Positions 36,256-44,922 of a stretch of DNA of 64,000 nt are shown here, one piece after another. Every line of letters begins with the position of its first letter. Within the stretch, counting starts at the first letter, position 1. The stretch comes from Actinomycetota bacterium. GTDB lineage: Bacteria > Actinomycetota > Acidimicrobiia > IMCC26256 > JACDBD01. The DNA is taken from contig JBQTGU010000015.1 of the NCBI GenBank assembly GCA_052390575.1, positions 60,634 through 124,633 on the forward strand, given 5' to 3'. The position numbers and the translations under genes were made by a program. The notes under the pieces are model-generated. The model did not search any database. It was not told the origin of the DNA and saw only the letters and a list, made by a program, of their open reading frames with translations.

Positions 36256-37668
36256 CTAGTCCTCCACGACGACCGGCGCGGCCGCGAGCGTGTCGGGGCC
36301 GAAGTGGGCGTGCTCTCGCAGCGGGCGTTCCTGGAGCCGCAGTGCGGCCACGATCGACAGCAGCCCGACCGGCACCGCGGTGAGGAAGACCGCCGGGAGC
36401 GCGTCGGCGAACACCGCCGCGGTGCGCGGCACCCGGTCGGCCAGCCCCGCGTTCAGCACCGCCCCGAACACGGACGGGCCGATCGCGCCGCCGAGGATCC
36501 GGAACAGCAGCGCGGTCGACGTGGCTATGCCGAGGTCGCGGTGCTCGACGCTGTTCTGGAGTGCGAGCAGCGACGTCTGCATGACGAACCCGACCCCGAG
36601 CCCGAGCACGCCGCCGTAGGCGATCGCCACCGCCGCCGGCGTCGAGACGCCCAGCGTCGCCAGCAGCAGGACCCCGATGGTCATGAGCACTGATCCCGCG
36701 ATCGGCCAGTAGCGGTAACGCCCGACCCGCTCCACCCGGCGCCCCGCCACCAGCGTGCCGAAGGCGGCGCCGAACATCGTCGGCGCCAGCAGCAACCCCG
36801 ACACGAGCGGGCTCACCCCCGCCACCTCCTGGAGAAACACCGGCAGGAAGAAGATCCCGCAGAACAGCAGGATCCCGCTGGTCAGGTTGAGGGCGAGCAC
36901 GACCCGCACGACCCGGTCGGCGAAGAGGCGCAGCGGCACCACCGGTTCGGGGGCGCGTCGCTGCCGGGCCACGAACAGCACTCCGAGCCCGATCGCGCCG
37001 GCACCGAGGGCGAAGCTGGCCGGCGACGTCCACGCCAGGTCTTCCCCGCCCGCGCTCACCAGCACGACGCCGCTGGTGAGCGCACCCGTGAGCAGCGCGC
37101 CGCCGGCGAAGTCGATCGCGTGCGGGATGCGCTTGTCCGGAAGGTGGAGGGTCGTGGAGACGATTGCCAGCGCGACCAGCGCGATCGGGAGGTTGATGTA
37201 GAAGGACCATCGCCAGCTCAGCTGGTCGATGAACAGGCCACCCACCAGCGGCCCCACGATGCTGCTCACCGCGAAGATCGCGCCCTGGTAGCCGAGCCAC
37301 CGGCCCAGCTGCCGCGCCGGCACGATGTCGGCGACGATCGCCATCGCCAGCGTCCCCAGCCCGCCGCCGCCCAGTCCCTGCACCGCCCGGAACACGAGCA
37401 GCTGGTTGAGCGACCCGGCGGCGCCGCACAGCATCGAGCCGGTGATGAACACCGCGATCGCGAGGTACCAGAGCCGCGTGCGCCCGTAGAGATCGCCCAG
37501 CTTCCCCATCAGCGGCAGCGACAGGACCTGGCCGAGGAAGTAGGCGGTCACGACCCACGAGATCCGTGACAAACCGCCCAGATCGCGGGCGATCGTCGGC
37601 AGGGCGGTGGCGACGATGGTGCCGTCGATCGTGCTCATGATCTGCCCGAGCTGGAGCCCGACGAACAC
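36256..37668 (-). CDS. MFS transporter (DHA2/EmrB-like, 14-TMS type)
   Basis: Track ORF of 470 aa with a GTG start. Contains STIDGTIVATALPTIARDLGG, GKLGDLYGR and many TM segments. The first TM looks short, so the true start may be non-canonical and slightly upstream. Confidence 0.85.
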   Translation of the reverse strand: MFVGLQLGQIMSTIDGTIVATALPTIARDLGGLSRISWVVTAYFLGQVLSLPLMGKLGDLYGRTRLWYLAIAVFITGSMLCGAAGSLNQLLVFRAVQGLGGGGLGTLAMAIVADIVPARQLGRWLGYQGAIFAVSSIVGPLVGGLFIDQLSWRWSFYINLPIALVALAIVSTTLHLPDKRIPHAIDFAGGALLTGALTSGVVLVSAGGEDLAWTSPASFALGAGAIGLGVLFVARQRRAPEPVVPLRLFADRVVRVVLALNLTSGILLFCGIFFLPVFLQEVAGVSPLVSGLLLAPTMFGAAFGTLVAGRRVERVGRYRYWPIAGSVLMTIGVLLLATLGVSTPAAVAIAYGGVLGLGVGFVMQTSLLALQNSVEHRDLGIATSTALLFRILGGAIGPSVFGAVLNAGLADRVPRTAAVFADALPAVFLTAVPVGLLSIVAALRLQERPLREHAHFGPDTLAAAPVVVED

Positions 37669-37811
37669 GAGGAGAAGCCGCCGTCCGGTGATCGGCGCAG
37701 GCTACGGCCGCCCGACTGCCCGGGCCCGAATAGGTGATTCCACCGATGACGACCCGCCTGCCTTCCCGTACCCTGACTACAAGCGAACCGTGCTTCGTGG
37801 GGGAGTCAGTC

Positions 37812-38810
37812 ATGGCCAAGCAAGCGCCGCCGTCCATCATCGACCGTCTCATGAGGCGCGGCCGCAAGGATGCGAAGGAAGAGGATGCCTCCGACGAGCC
37901 GACGCCGCCGGCCGAGGAGAAGCCCACGGAGGCGCCCCCCGAGGGGAGCGACGACACGGCCGACACCGGCGACGGCACGACCGCAACTGGCGACATCGTC
38001 GACGACACCACCGGCGAGGACGACGCCATCGTTACCAGCGGGGATGACAGCCAGGGCGCCGTCGACGACACCGCGCCCGACGACGGCACTGGCACCGGCG
38101 ACATCGTGGACGACACCACCGGCGAGGACGACGCCAACGTCGGCTCGGGCGAGGCCGACATCGTGAGTAACGGCTCCGAGGACGACGGCGGGGACGTGGC
38201 CTACGGCGACGGCGCCACGAGCACGAGCGGCGACATCTCCGACGGCACCGAGACCGGCGACGCCATCGCCGACGACGACTCGAGCAGCGTGATCAACACC
38301 GGCGACGACACCCAGCAGGCGGTCGACAGCGGGGACCCCGCCGACGTGGCTCAGGTGCCGCGGCACCCGATCGACCTCGACTTGGTCAGGGACGCCCGGA
38401 TCGGTGCGCCGAAGGATTCCTCGTTGTCGGACGACCTCCAAGAGCTCAAGGAGGCCACCGAGCCCCAGCTCGACCCCGCGATCGTGGAGGCGCGGCTGGG
38501 CGGCAAGGGCCCACAGCCACCCGATCCCGACGACACACCCGAGGACCTCGCGTTCGGGAAGGGGGCGAGCCAACTGGACACGAATCCTTTGGAGCCGAGC
38601 GACACCCCGACCGATCTCGACCCCACCCCGCTCGAGCCGCTGCCCCGCTTCACGGTCGACGACCTCACCGTCGACGGCATCGATGCCGACGACGTGTCGC
38701 CGGCAGCCGCCCAACCCGCCGACGTCGGTTCCGTCGACACCACGCCCCACGAGGTCCAGATCGACGACCCCGGCCCGCACAACGACTCCACCGAGGTCGA
38801 CATCGACTGA
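37812..38810 (+). CDS. Highly acidic Asp/Thr/Gly-rich repetitive protein, no signal peptide
   Basis: Track ORF 37734..38810. I prefer the ATG at 37812 (MAKQAPPSIIDRLMRRGRK), with GGGGGAG upstream. There is an internal duplicated unit, TGDIVDDTTGEDDA(I/N)V, at about 37987 and 38098. Confidence 0.65.
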   Translation: MAKQAPPSIIDRLMRRGRKDAKEEDASDEPTPPAEEKPTEAPPEGSDDTADTGDGTTATGDIVDDTTGEDDAIVTSGDDSQGAVDDTAPDDGTGTGDIVDDTTGEDDANVGSGEADIVSNGSEDDGGDVAYGDGATSTSGDISDGTETGDAIADDDSSSVINTGDDTQQAVDSGDPADVAQVPRHPIDLDLVRDARIGAPKDSSLSDDLQELKEATEPQLDPAIVEARLGGKGPQPPDPDDTPEDLAFGKGASQLDTNPLEPSDTPTDLDPTPLEPLPRFTVDDLTVDGIDADDVSPAAAQPADVGSVDTTPHEVQIDDPGPHNDSTEVDID

Positions 38811-38817
38811 ACGCGAA

Positions 38818-38856
38818 CGGTCCCGGCGCCGCCGGGGGGCAGCGACGCCGGGACCG
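38818..38856. terminator. Hairpin between convergent genes
   Basis: 11-bp arms CGGTCCCGGCG / CGCCGGGACCG with a 17-nt loop. It lies between the stops at 38810 (+) and 38881 (-). Confidence 0.45.
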
Positions 38857-38880
38857 ATGTCGCGGTGTTGAGGTGCTCGG

Positions 38881-39402
38881 TTACGAAGCGGTGGTCTCGG
38901 CAGGCTCGTCGCTCTCCTGCTCCTCACCCTCGCCTTCGGGGCCCTCACCCTCGGGACGCTCGGGCTTCTCACCGTTCACGAGGGCGGTCATGCGCTCGGG
39001 CAGCTCGGCCTTCTTCTCGTCGGCCTCCGCCTGGGTGAGGTCACCGTCGGCGACCTTCTGGTCGATGCGGGCGGAGACGTCGGCAACCAGCGCGTCGACG
39101 ACCGTCTGCACGTCGACACCGTTGGCCTGGGCGACCTGCGCGATGGTCTGGTCGTTCTGCAGCGCCTCGCGCAGCGCGTCCTCCTCGATGCCGATGGCCG
39201 CCGCCGCCGCCTCGAGGTGACGGCCACGACCGCCCCCGCGGCAGGGACCGCGCCCTTCGCCTTCGCCCTGCTCCTGGTCGGGAGCTTCCTCACCCTGAGG
39301 CTCTTCCTCCTGGGCGCCGGCGAGAACCGGGCCGAAGAGCATGCCTCCGGCGAGGGCCGAACCTGCCATTGCGAGGTAGGCGACTGACCGCTTGACCTTC
39401 AT
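38881..39402 (-). CDS. Secreted acidic helical protein downstream of the two-component system
   Basis: Track ORF of 173 aa. Signal peptide MKVKRSVAYLAMAGSALAGGMLFGPVLAGA, with GGAG 7 nt upstream of the ATG. Glu-rich flanks around a helical core (DALREALQNDQTIAQVAQ...LTQAEADEKKAEL). Confidence 0.7.
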   Translation of the reverse strand: MKVKRSVAYLAMAGSALAGGMLFGPVLAGAQEEEPQGEEAPDQEQGEGEGRGPCRGGGRGRHLEAAAAAIGIEEDALREALQNDQTIAQVAQANGVDVQTVVDALVADVSARIDQKVADGDLTQAEADEKKAELPERMTALVNGEKPERPEGEGPEGEGEEQESDEPAETTAS

Positions 39403-39537
39403 TGACGTGCTCCTTTGTCGTTGGTCACGGACGGGAGGTCACCCGCCGATGATCACGATGCGCCATCAACCTGCGAGAACCCTGGGAGCGACCGCCGACG
39501 CGGCGAATAAGTCGGTGATCGGAAGGTAAGGGCCCGC

Positions 39538-40956
39538 TCAGGTACTCGTGACCGGCCGAGGGAGCTGTACCGTGAAGGTGGTGCCGCCGCCCGCGGGGCT
39601 GTCGACCTCGACCCGACCGTCGTGGGCGGCGACCACGCCGGCCACGATCGACAATCCGAGCCCGGCGCCGCCGCTCGAACGCGCCCGCGACTTGTCGGCC
39701 CGGTAGAAGCGCTCGAAGATCCGGCGCCGGTGGTCGGCGTCGATGCCCGGCCCCTCATCGGCGATGGTCACGCGCGCGGTCCCGTCGACCGCCGCCACCG
39801 CCACGTGCACCGGCGTCCCCGCCGGCGTGTGCACGCGCGCGTTGCCCAGCAGGTTGGCGAGCACCTGACGCAGCCGCCGCTCGTCGCCCTCCACGACGAC
39901 GGGCGCGGGCGCGTCGAGCGTCACCGGACGCTCGGGGTCGACCGCCCGCAGGTCGCTCACCGCGTCGCTCGCCAGTTCGGCCAGGTCGACCTGATCGGCG
40001 TCCATCGGCTGGTGCTGGTCGAGGCGGGCCAGCAACAAGAGGTCTTCGACCAGGCGGCCCATGCGCTCGCTCTCGCCCTCGATGCGGGCCATGGCCCGCT
40101 CGAGCGCGTCCTCCTCCGACAGACCGCCCTTGCGGTACAGCTCGGCGTAGCCGCGGATCGCCGCCACCGGTGTGCGGAGCTCGTGCGACGCGTCGGCGAC
40201 GAACTGCTCGAGTCGCGCCTGGCTCGCCTCCCGCTCCGCGAACGCCGCTTCCAGCTGGGCGAGCATGTCGTCGAGCGCGGTCGCGAGCCGGCCCAGCTCG
40301 CTGCGGTCGCCCTTCGATTCCACCCGCTGCGACAGGTCGCCCGCCGCGATGGCGCTGGCGGTGTCGACCATGCGGTCGACCGGGCGGAGGCCCCGGCGCA
40401 CGATCAACCACGCCAACCCGGCACCGATCGCGACCACGACGAACGCGGTCACCGCGATCGTCCGCACCAGGTCGGAGACGGCGTCGTCCACGCGGGTGAG
40501 CGGTGCCGCGAAGACGCGGAAGCTCCCGTTCGGGTCCTCGTGGATGATCACGCGATAGTCGAGGCTCCCGTCGCGGGCGGACCGGGTCGTGACCTTGTCG
40601 ACGAGATCCTGGGGGTGATCGCCGGGGATCTCGGGCAGCTTGGGCAGCGATTGAGGGTCGTCGATGAAGCCCGCCCGGTCGACGTCGAGGACCTCGCCGT
40701 CGGCCGAGATCACGAGCTCGGCGGTGTCGCGGAAGCGCTCGGGCTCGGTCTGGTTGGCGCCGCCCCCGCCGCCGCCGCCGCTGGGGGGCCCGCCCCGTCC
40801 CCGGGGACCTAGCCGGGTCGCCTGGCCATGTAGCTGGTCGTCGATCTGGTCGACCAGGGATGCCCGGGTCGAGCGGACCACCGTCCAGCCGATGACCCCG
40901 GCCGCAACCGCCAGCAGCGCGACGAACGCCAACGCCAGCCGCGCCTTGACGCTCAC
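39538..40956 (-). CDS. Sensor histidine kinase (TM-HAMP-HisKA-HATPase_c)
   Basis: Track ORF of 472 aa with a GTG start. H-box ASHELRTPVAAIRGYAELY, N-box LLGNARVHTP and G-boxes DEGPGI, GGAGLGLSIV. Confidence 0.9.
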   Translation of the reverse strand: MSVKARLALAFVALLAVAAGVIGWTVVRSTRASLVDQIDDQLHGQATRLGPRGRGGPPSGGGGGGGANQTEPERFRDTAELVISADGEVLDVDRAGFIDDPQSLPKLPEIPGDHPQDLVDKVTTRSARDGSLDYRVIIHEDPNGSFRVFAAPLTRVDDAVSDLVRTIAVTAFVVVAIGAGLAWLIVRRGLRPVDRMVDTASAIAAGDLSQRVESKGDRSELGRLATALDDMLAQLEAAFAEREASQARLEQFVADASHELRTPVAAIRGYAELYRKGGLSEEDALERAMARIEGESERMGRLVEDLLLLARLDQHQPMDADQVDLAELASDAVSDLRAVDPERPVTLDAPAPVVVEGDERRLRQVLANLLGNARVHTPAGTPVHVAVAAVDGTARVTIADEGPGIDADHRRRIFERFYRADKSRARSSGGAGLGLSIVAGVVAAHDGRVEVDSPAGGGTTFTVQLPRPVTST

Positions 40957-40963
40957 GCGCCGC

Positions 40964-41692
40964 TCATTCCCCCGGCTCGCGGATCGTGTACCCGAAGCCG
41001 CGCACGGTGTGGATCAGCCGGGGCTCGCGCTGGTCGAGCTTCTTGCGCAGGTAGCTGATGTAGGTCTCGACCACCGACGCGTCGCCGCCGAAGTCGTACT
41101 GCCACACATGATCGAGGATCTGCGGCTTCGACAGCACCTGACCCCGGTTGAGCAACAGGTAGCGCAGCAGCCGGAACTCGGTAGGGGAGAGCTCGACCTC
41201 GGCGTCGCCCCGCCGCACCCGGTGCGCGCCCAGGTCCATCTCCAGGTCGGCGCAGCGCAGCAGATCGCCCGTCTCCGCCCGGGCTCGCAGCGTCCGGCGC
41301 AGCACCGCCTGGATGCGGAAGCTGAGCTCCTCGAGGCTGAACGGCTTGGTGACGTAGTCGTCGCCGCCCCGGGTGAACCCGGTGCGCAGGTCGGAGGGGT
41401 CGTCGCGGGCGGTCAGGAACACCACCGGCACGTCCTCGCCGTCGCGCCGCAGCCGCTGGCACACCTCGAAGCCGTCGAGGTCGGGCAGGTTGACGTCGAG
41501 GACGAGCAGGTCGGGCCGCTCGTCGGCGGCGGTGCGCAAGGCCTCGAACCCGCTGCGGGCGGTGCGCACCTCGTAGCCGGCGAAGCGCAGCGCGTCGCCG
41601 AGCAGGTCGAGGAGCGCCTCCTCGTCGTCGACCACGAGGAGCTGGGCCGACGAGCCGTCGGCTCGGGTCACCGGCTCCGGGCGTTCGGTCAT
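40964..41692 (-). CDS. OmpR-family response regulator
   Basis: 3' 243 codons of track ORF 40964..42559, starting at the ATG at 41692 (MTERPEPV...). Receiver domain LLVVDDEEALLDLL...DLLVLDVNLPDLDG...DDYVTKPF. Winged helix LSPTEFRLLRYLLLNRGQVLSKPQILDHVW...VRGFGY. Confidence 0.9.
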   Translation of the reverse strand: MTERPEPVTRADGSSAQLLVVDDEEALLDLLGDALRFAGYEVRTARSGFEALRTAADERPDLLVLDVNLPDLDGFEVCQRLRRDGEDVPVVFLTARDDPSDLRTGFTRGGDDYVTKPFSLEELSFRIQAVLRRTLRARAETGDLLRCADLEMDLGAHRVRRGDAEVELSPTEFRLLRYLLLNRGQVLSKPQILDHVWQYDFGGDASVVETYISYLRKKLDQREPRLIHTVRGFGYTIREPGE

Positions 41693-41725
41693 CGCCACCT
41701 CACAGGCACCTGCCCACCGTACGCA

Positions 41726-41749
41726 GGAGACCTGTGAGTCTCCTGTGAG
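41726..41749. promoter_or_regulatory. Repeated CCTGTGAG octamers (11-bp period) and a GGAGAC/GTCTCC palindrome in the RR-LuxR divergent region
   Basis: CCTGTGAG occurs at 41731-41738 and 41742-41749. An inverted copy, CTCACAGG, is at 41699-41706. GGAGAC-CTGTGA-GTCTCC spans 41726-41743. Confidence 0.35.
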
Positions 41750-41833
41750 CCGCCTGGGCGGGGCGCGGGGACCGAGGTCGAAAAGGGGACGGGCAGCCCT
41801 CTGCCACAATCCTGCTGGGCCGAAAGGGGCACG

Positions 41834-43471
41834 TTGACGGTAAACACGGCGGTCGCGAACGCTCGGGAAGCGCTGGCCCGCTGCGACTGGGCCGCGGCCT
41901 ACGACCTGCTCGCCGGGGTGGCGGGCGAGACGGCCGACGCCGAGACGCTCGAGACCCTGGCCGACGCCGCCTGGTGGACGAGTCGGCTCGAGGAGTGCAT
42001 CGCCGTCCGCGAGCGGGCCTACGCGCTCCACGAAGAGGCCGGCGACCGGCGCGCCGCGGCGAGCTTGGCGTTGCACCTGTTCGAGAACCACAGCTTCAGG
42101 GCCCGTCCCGCGGCCGCGAGCGGGTGGCTGGGCCGGGCCCGACGCCTCCTCGCCGAGGAGCCCGAGTGCCGCGAGTGCGGCGCCCTCCTGGTGCGCGAGG
42201 CCGAGGCCGAGCACTCGGCCGGCGAGGTCGACCGCGCGTTGGAGACGGCTGACCGCGCGCTCCAGGTCGCTCGCCGCCTCGGTGACCTCGACCTCGAGGC
42301 CCAGGCGCTGCAGGCCATCGGGCAACTGCTCATCGCGGCCGGCCGTCCCACCGAGGGGCTGGCGACCTTCGACGAGGCGATGGTGCTCGCGACCCAGGGC
42401 CGGCTCGGTCCGCTCGAGACCGGCCGGCTCTACTGCAGCCTGATCGGCGCGTGCGAGGAGCTGAGTGACTACCAGCGGGCCGCCGAGTGGACCGACTTCG
42501 GGTCGCGCTGGTCGCAGGATCACCCCCGGACCATCTTCCCGGGGCTGTGCCGGCTCCACCGCGCCACCGTGCTCCAGCTGCGGGGCGAGTGGACGGAGGC
42601 CGAGTCGGAGGCCAAGCGCGCGTACACCGAGCTCTGCGACGTCAACGTCGTCAACTCTGGTGCCGCGTTCTACGAGATCGGCGAGATCCGCCGCCGGCTC
42701 GGCGACATCGAGGGCGGCGAGGAGGCATTCCGGCGAGCCGACGAGTTGGGTCGCCAGCCCCAGCCCGGGCTCGCGCTGCTCCGGCTCGCCCAGGGTCGGG
42801 TCGACGCCGCCGCGTCGAGCATCGCCCGGGTCGTCTCCGAGGAGACCTGGAACCGGCTGACCCGGGCCAAGCTCCTGCCCGCCCAGGTCGAGATCGCCGT
42901 TGCCGCCGGTGATCTCGATCGGGCGCGCGCTGCGACCGAGGAGCTCGAGGCCACCGCCGAGGAGTTCGAGAGCCCGGGGTTGCGCGCCGCGGCGTCACTC
43001 GCGCGCGGGCGGCTGGAGCTGGCCGGCGCGGAACCGGAAGGTGCCTGCGCCACCCTGCGCCGCGCGCTCCAGCAGTGGCAGACCCTCGAGGTGCCGTACG
43101 AAGTGGCCTCGACTCGGGTCCTGCTCGGCCGCGCCTGTCGCGACGCAGGGGACGAGGAGGCGGCGACGTCGTCGCTCGACGCCGCCACCGTGATCTTCGA
43201 GCGCCTGGGCGCCGCGCCCGACGCCGAACGGGCGAGAGAGCTTCGAACCGCCGCGGCGCTGCTGCCGGGTGGACTGACGGAGCGCGAGGCCGAGGTGCTG
43301 CGCCTGGTCGCGTCCGGCTGCACGAACAAGGAGGCGGCCGCGCAACTCTTCCTCAGTGACAAGACGATCGCTCGCCACCTCTCGAACATCTTCGCCAAGA
43401 TCGGGGTCTCGTCCCGCTCGGCCGCGACGGCGTACGCGTTCGAGCACGGCATCGTCGGCGCCGCCCGTTAG
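41834..43471 (+). CDS. LuxR-family transcriptional regulator with a long TPR-like helical N-terminal region
   Basis: Track ORF of 545 aa with a TTG start and AAAGGGG upstream. C-terminal LTEREAEVLRLVASGCTNKEAAAQLFLSDKTIARHLSNIFAKIGVSSR. Confidence 0.85.
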   Translation: MTVNTAVANAREALARCDWAAAYDLLAGVAGETADAETLETLADAAWWTSRLEECIAVRERAYALHEEAGDRRAAASLALHLFENHSFRARPAAASGWLGRARRLLAEEPECRECGALLVREAEAEHSAGEVDRALETADRALQVARRLGDLDLEAQALQAIGQLLIAAGRPTEGLATFDEAMVLATQGRLGPLETGRLYCSLIGACEELSDYQRAAEWTDFGSRWSQDHPRTIFPGLCRLHRATVLQLRGEWTEAESEAKRAYTELCDVNVVNSGAAFYEIGEIRRRLGDIEGGEEAFRRADELGRQPQPGLALLRLAQGRVDAAASSIARVVSEETWNRLTRAKLLPAQVEIAVAAGDLDRARAATEELEATAEEFESPGLRAAASLARGRLELAGAEPEGACATLRRALQQWQTLEVPYEVASTRVLLGRACRDAGDEEAATSSLDAATVIFERLGAAPDAERARELRTAAALLPGGLTEREAEVLRLVASGCTNKEAAAQLFLSDKTIARHLSNIFAKIGVSSRSAATAYAFEHGIVGAAR

Positions 43472-43484
43472 CCGCGAGAGGATC

Positions 43485-44048
43485 ATGGACTCGTCCCAGC
43501 AGCTCGACATCATCATCCCGGCCCTCGGCGACCTCGTGCGGGGGATCCGGCCCGCCCAGCTCGACGACCCGACCCCGTGCGCCAAGTTCCGCGTGCGCGA
43601 CGTCCTCGGGCACTTCCTCGGGAACCTCGACGCGGTCGCCGGTGGCCTGCGGGGTGAGCCGATGCCCGACGAGTTTGCGCCCCGACCCGAGATCCTCGGC
43701 GACGATCCGGGAAGGGCCTATGACGCGGTCATGGCCGACTTTCGTGACGCGATCCGGAGCCCCGGAGCGATGGACCGCGTCCTGACGGTGCCCTTCGGCG
43801 AGGTTCCCGCCCCCGCGCTCGCCGGCTTCGTGGCCTTCGACCTCGTGGTGCACTCGTGGGACATCGCGACCGCGACCGGTCAGCGGTACACGCCGCCGGA
43901 CGAGCTCGTGGCCGAGGTCGATGCGTTCGCCCGCCAGGTCGTCGCCCCCGAGTGGCGCGACGGCGACACGTTCGCGGTCGAGGTCGAGCCCGCGGCCGAT
44001 GCGACGCCCCTCGAGCGCCTGGTCGCGTTCTCCGGCCGCCGGCCCTAG
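43485..44048 (+). CDS. DinB/mycothiol-dependent-enzyme-like protein (TIGR03086-like)
   Basis: 3' part of track ORF 43356..44048, starting at the ATG at 43485 with GAGAGGA upstream. Contains QLDDPTPCAKFRVRDVLGHF, FDLVVHSWDIATATGQ and LERLVAFSGR. Confidence 0.75.
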   Translation: MDSSQQLDIIIPALGDLVRGIRPAQLDDPTPCAKFRVRDVLGHFLGNLDAVAGGLRGEPMPDEFAPRPEILGDDPGRAYDAVMADFRDAIRSPGAMDRVLTVPFGEVPAPALAGFVAFDLVVHSWDIATATGQRYTPPDELVAEVDAFARQVVAPEWRDGDTFAVEVEPAADATPLERLVAFSGRRP

Positions 44049-44129
44049 AACGCAACCGCGATGGGTCGAATGACCCATCGCCGGCTCGCGGCGATTGGGT
44101 AGTTGGTCCGATGCGCCGCTGCCCTCGCG

Positions 44130-44162
44130 CCTTCATCATCAGGCGACCAACCCTGATGAAGG
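44130..44162 (+). promoter_or_regulatory. Hairpin whose 3' arm covers the Shine-Dalgarno of the cupin gene
   Basis: CCTTCATCA (44130-44138) and TGATGAAGG (44154-44162) are perfect complements. The SD GAAGGAGG lies at 44158-44165 and the ATG at 44175. Confidence 0.35.
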
Positions 44163-44174
44163 AGGCGCACTGCC

Positions 44175-44534
44175 ATGGGTGTTATCAACGAATCGGATGT
44201 GCCGGTCGCGATCAAGGACGAGAACGTCGAGCTCCGGATGACCGAGATCGGCGACATGACCGTCTCGCTCATCCGGCTCAAGAAGGGGACTGACCTCAGC
44301 CCGGCGCTGGTTGGCCTGCCCGACGACCTCTGCCCGTGCCCCCACTGGGGGTACATGCTCAGTGGCCGGCTGAAGATGAAGACGACGCACGGCGACGAGG
44401 TCTACGAGGCTGGCCAGCCGTTCTACTGGTCGCCGGGACACGCGCCGGTCGCGCTCGAGGACGTCGAGTACGTCGACTTCTCGCCGACCGAGGAGTTCGC
44501 CGCCGTCATCAAGCACATCAGCGGCCAGGGCTGA
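44175..44534 (+). CDS. Cupin domain protein
   Basis: Track ORF of 119 aa with a strong SD. Contains CPCPHWGYMLSGRLKMKTTHGDEVYEAGQPFYWSPGHAP, a cupin-like beta-barrel pattern. Confidence 0.75.
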   Translation: MGVINESDVPVAIKDENVELRMTEIGDMTVSLIRLKKGTDLSPALVGLPDDLCPCPHWGYMLSGRLKMKTTHGDEVYEAGQPFYWSPGHAPVALEDVEYVDFSPTEEFAAVIKHISGQG

Positions 44535-44565
44535 CGCCCCGCTCGCCCGAAACCGGAGGAGTGAC

Positions 44566-44922
44566 ATGGAGACGAACCGAGCGATGGCCAAGACGTTCCT
44601 GGAGGCCTGGTGCACCCGTGAGTTCGACCGGCTCGACCACTGGCTCGACGACCCGGTGATCTCGACGCTGCGGGACGGCCTGCGAGTCGTGCCGCTCGAG
44701 GTGCTGCGAGCCGACGTCCTGACGGTCGACGGCGGGCTGGAGTTCACGTTCCGGTTCCGCGTGCCGTCCCCGAAGGCCGCGGCCGCGGCCGGCCACGTCG
44801 TGGACGAGCGCGTCCTCGTCCACGCCCACGGTGACCGCGTCACCGCCGTCGATCTGTTCGGCACCCGCCTCCGACCGCTCACGGTTGGCCGGTCGGCTTC
44901 GCTCGAGCTGGTGGCATCATGA
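44566..44922 (+). CDS. NTF2/SnoaL-like small protein
   Basis: Track ORF of 118 aa with GGAGGAG upstream. N-terminal NRAMAKTFLEAWCTREFDRLDHWL is typical of SnoaL-like folds. ATGA overlap with the next gene. Confidence 0.6.
   Translation: METNRAMAKTFLEAWCTREFDRLDHWLDDPVISTLRDGLRVVPLEVLRADVLTVDGGLEFTFRFRVPSPKAAAAAGHVVDERVLVHAHGDRVTAVDLFGTRLRPLTVGRSASLELVAS

Noticed and set aside
34332-38161. 683-aa plus-strand ORF (34332..36383) and 653-aa minus-strand ORF (36200..38161).
   Set aside because: They are out of frame or antisense relative to the OafA-like acyltransferase, the MFS transporter and the acidic protein. Their translations are Arg/Pro/Gly-dominated.
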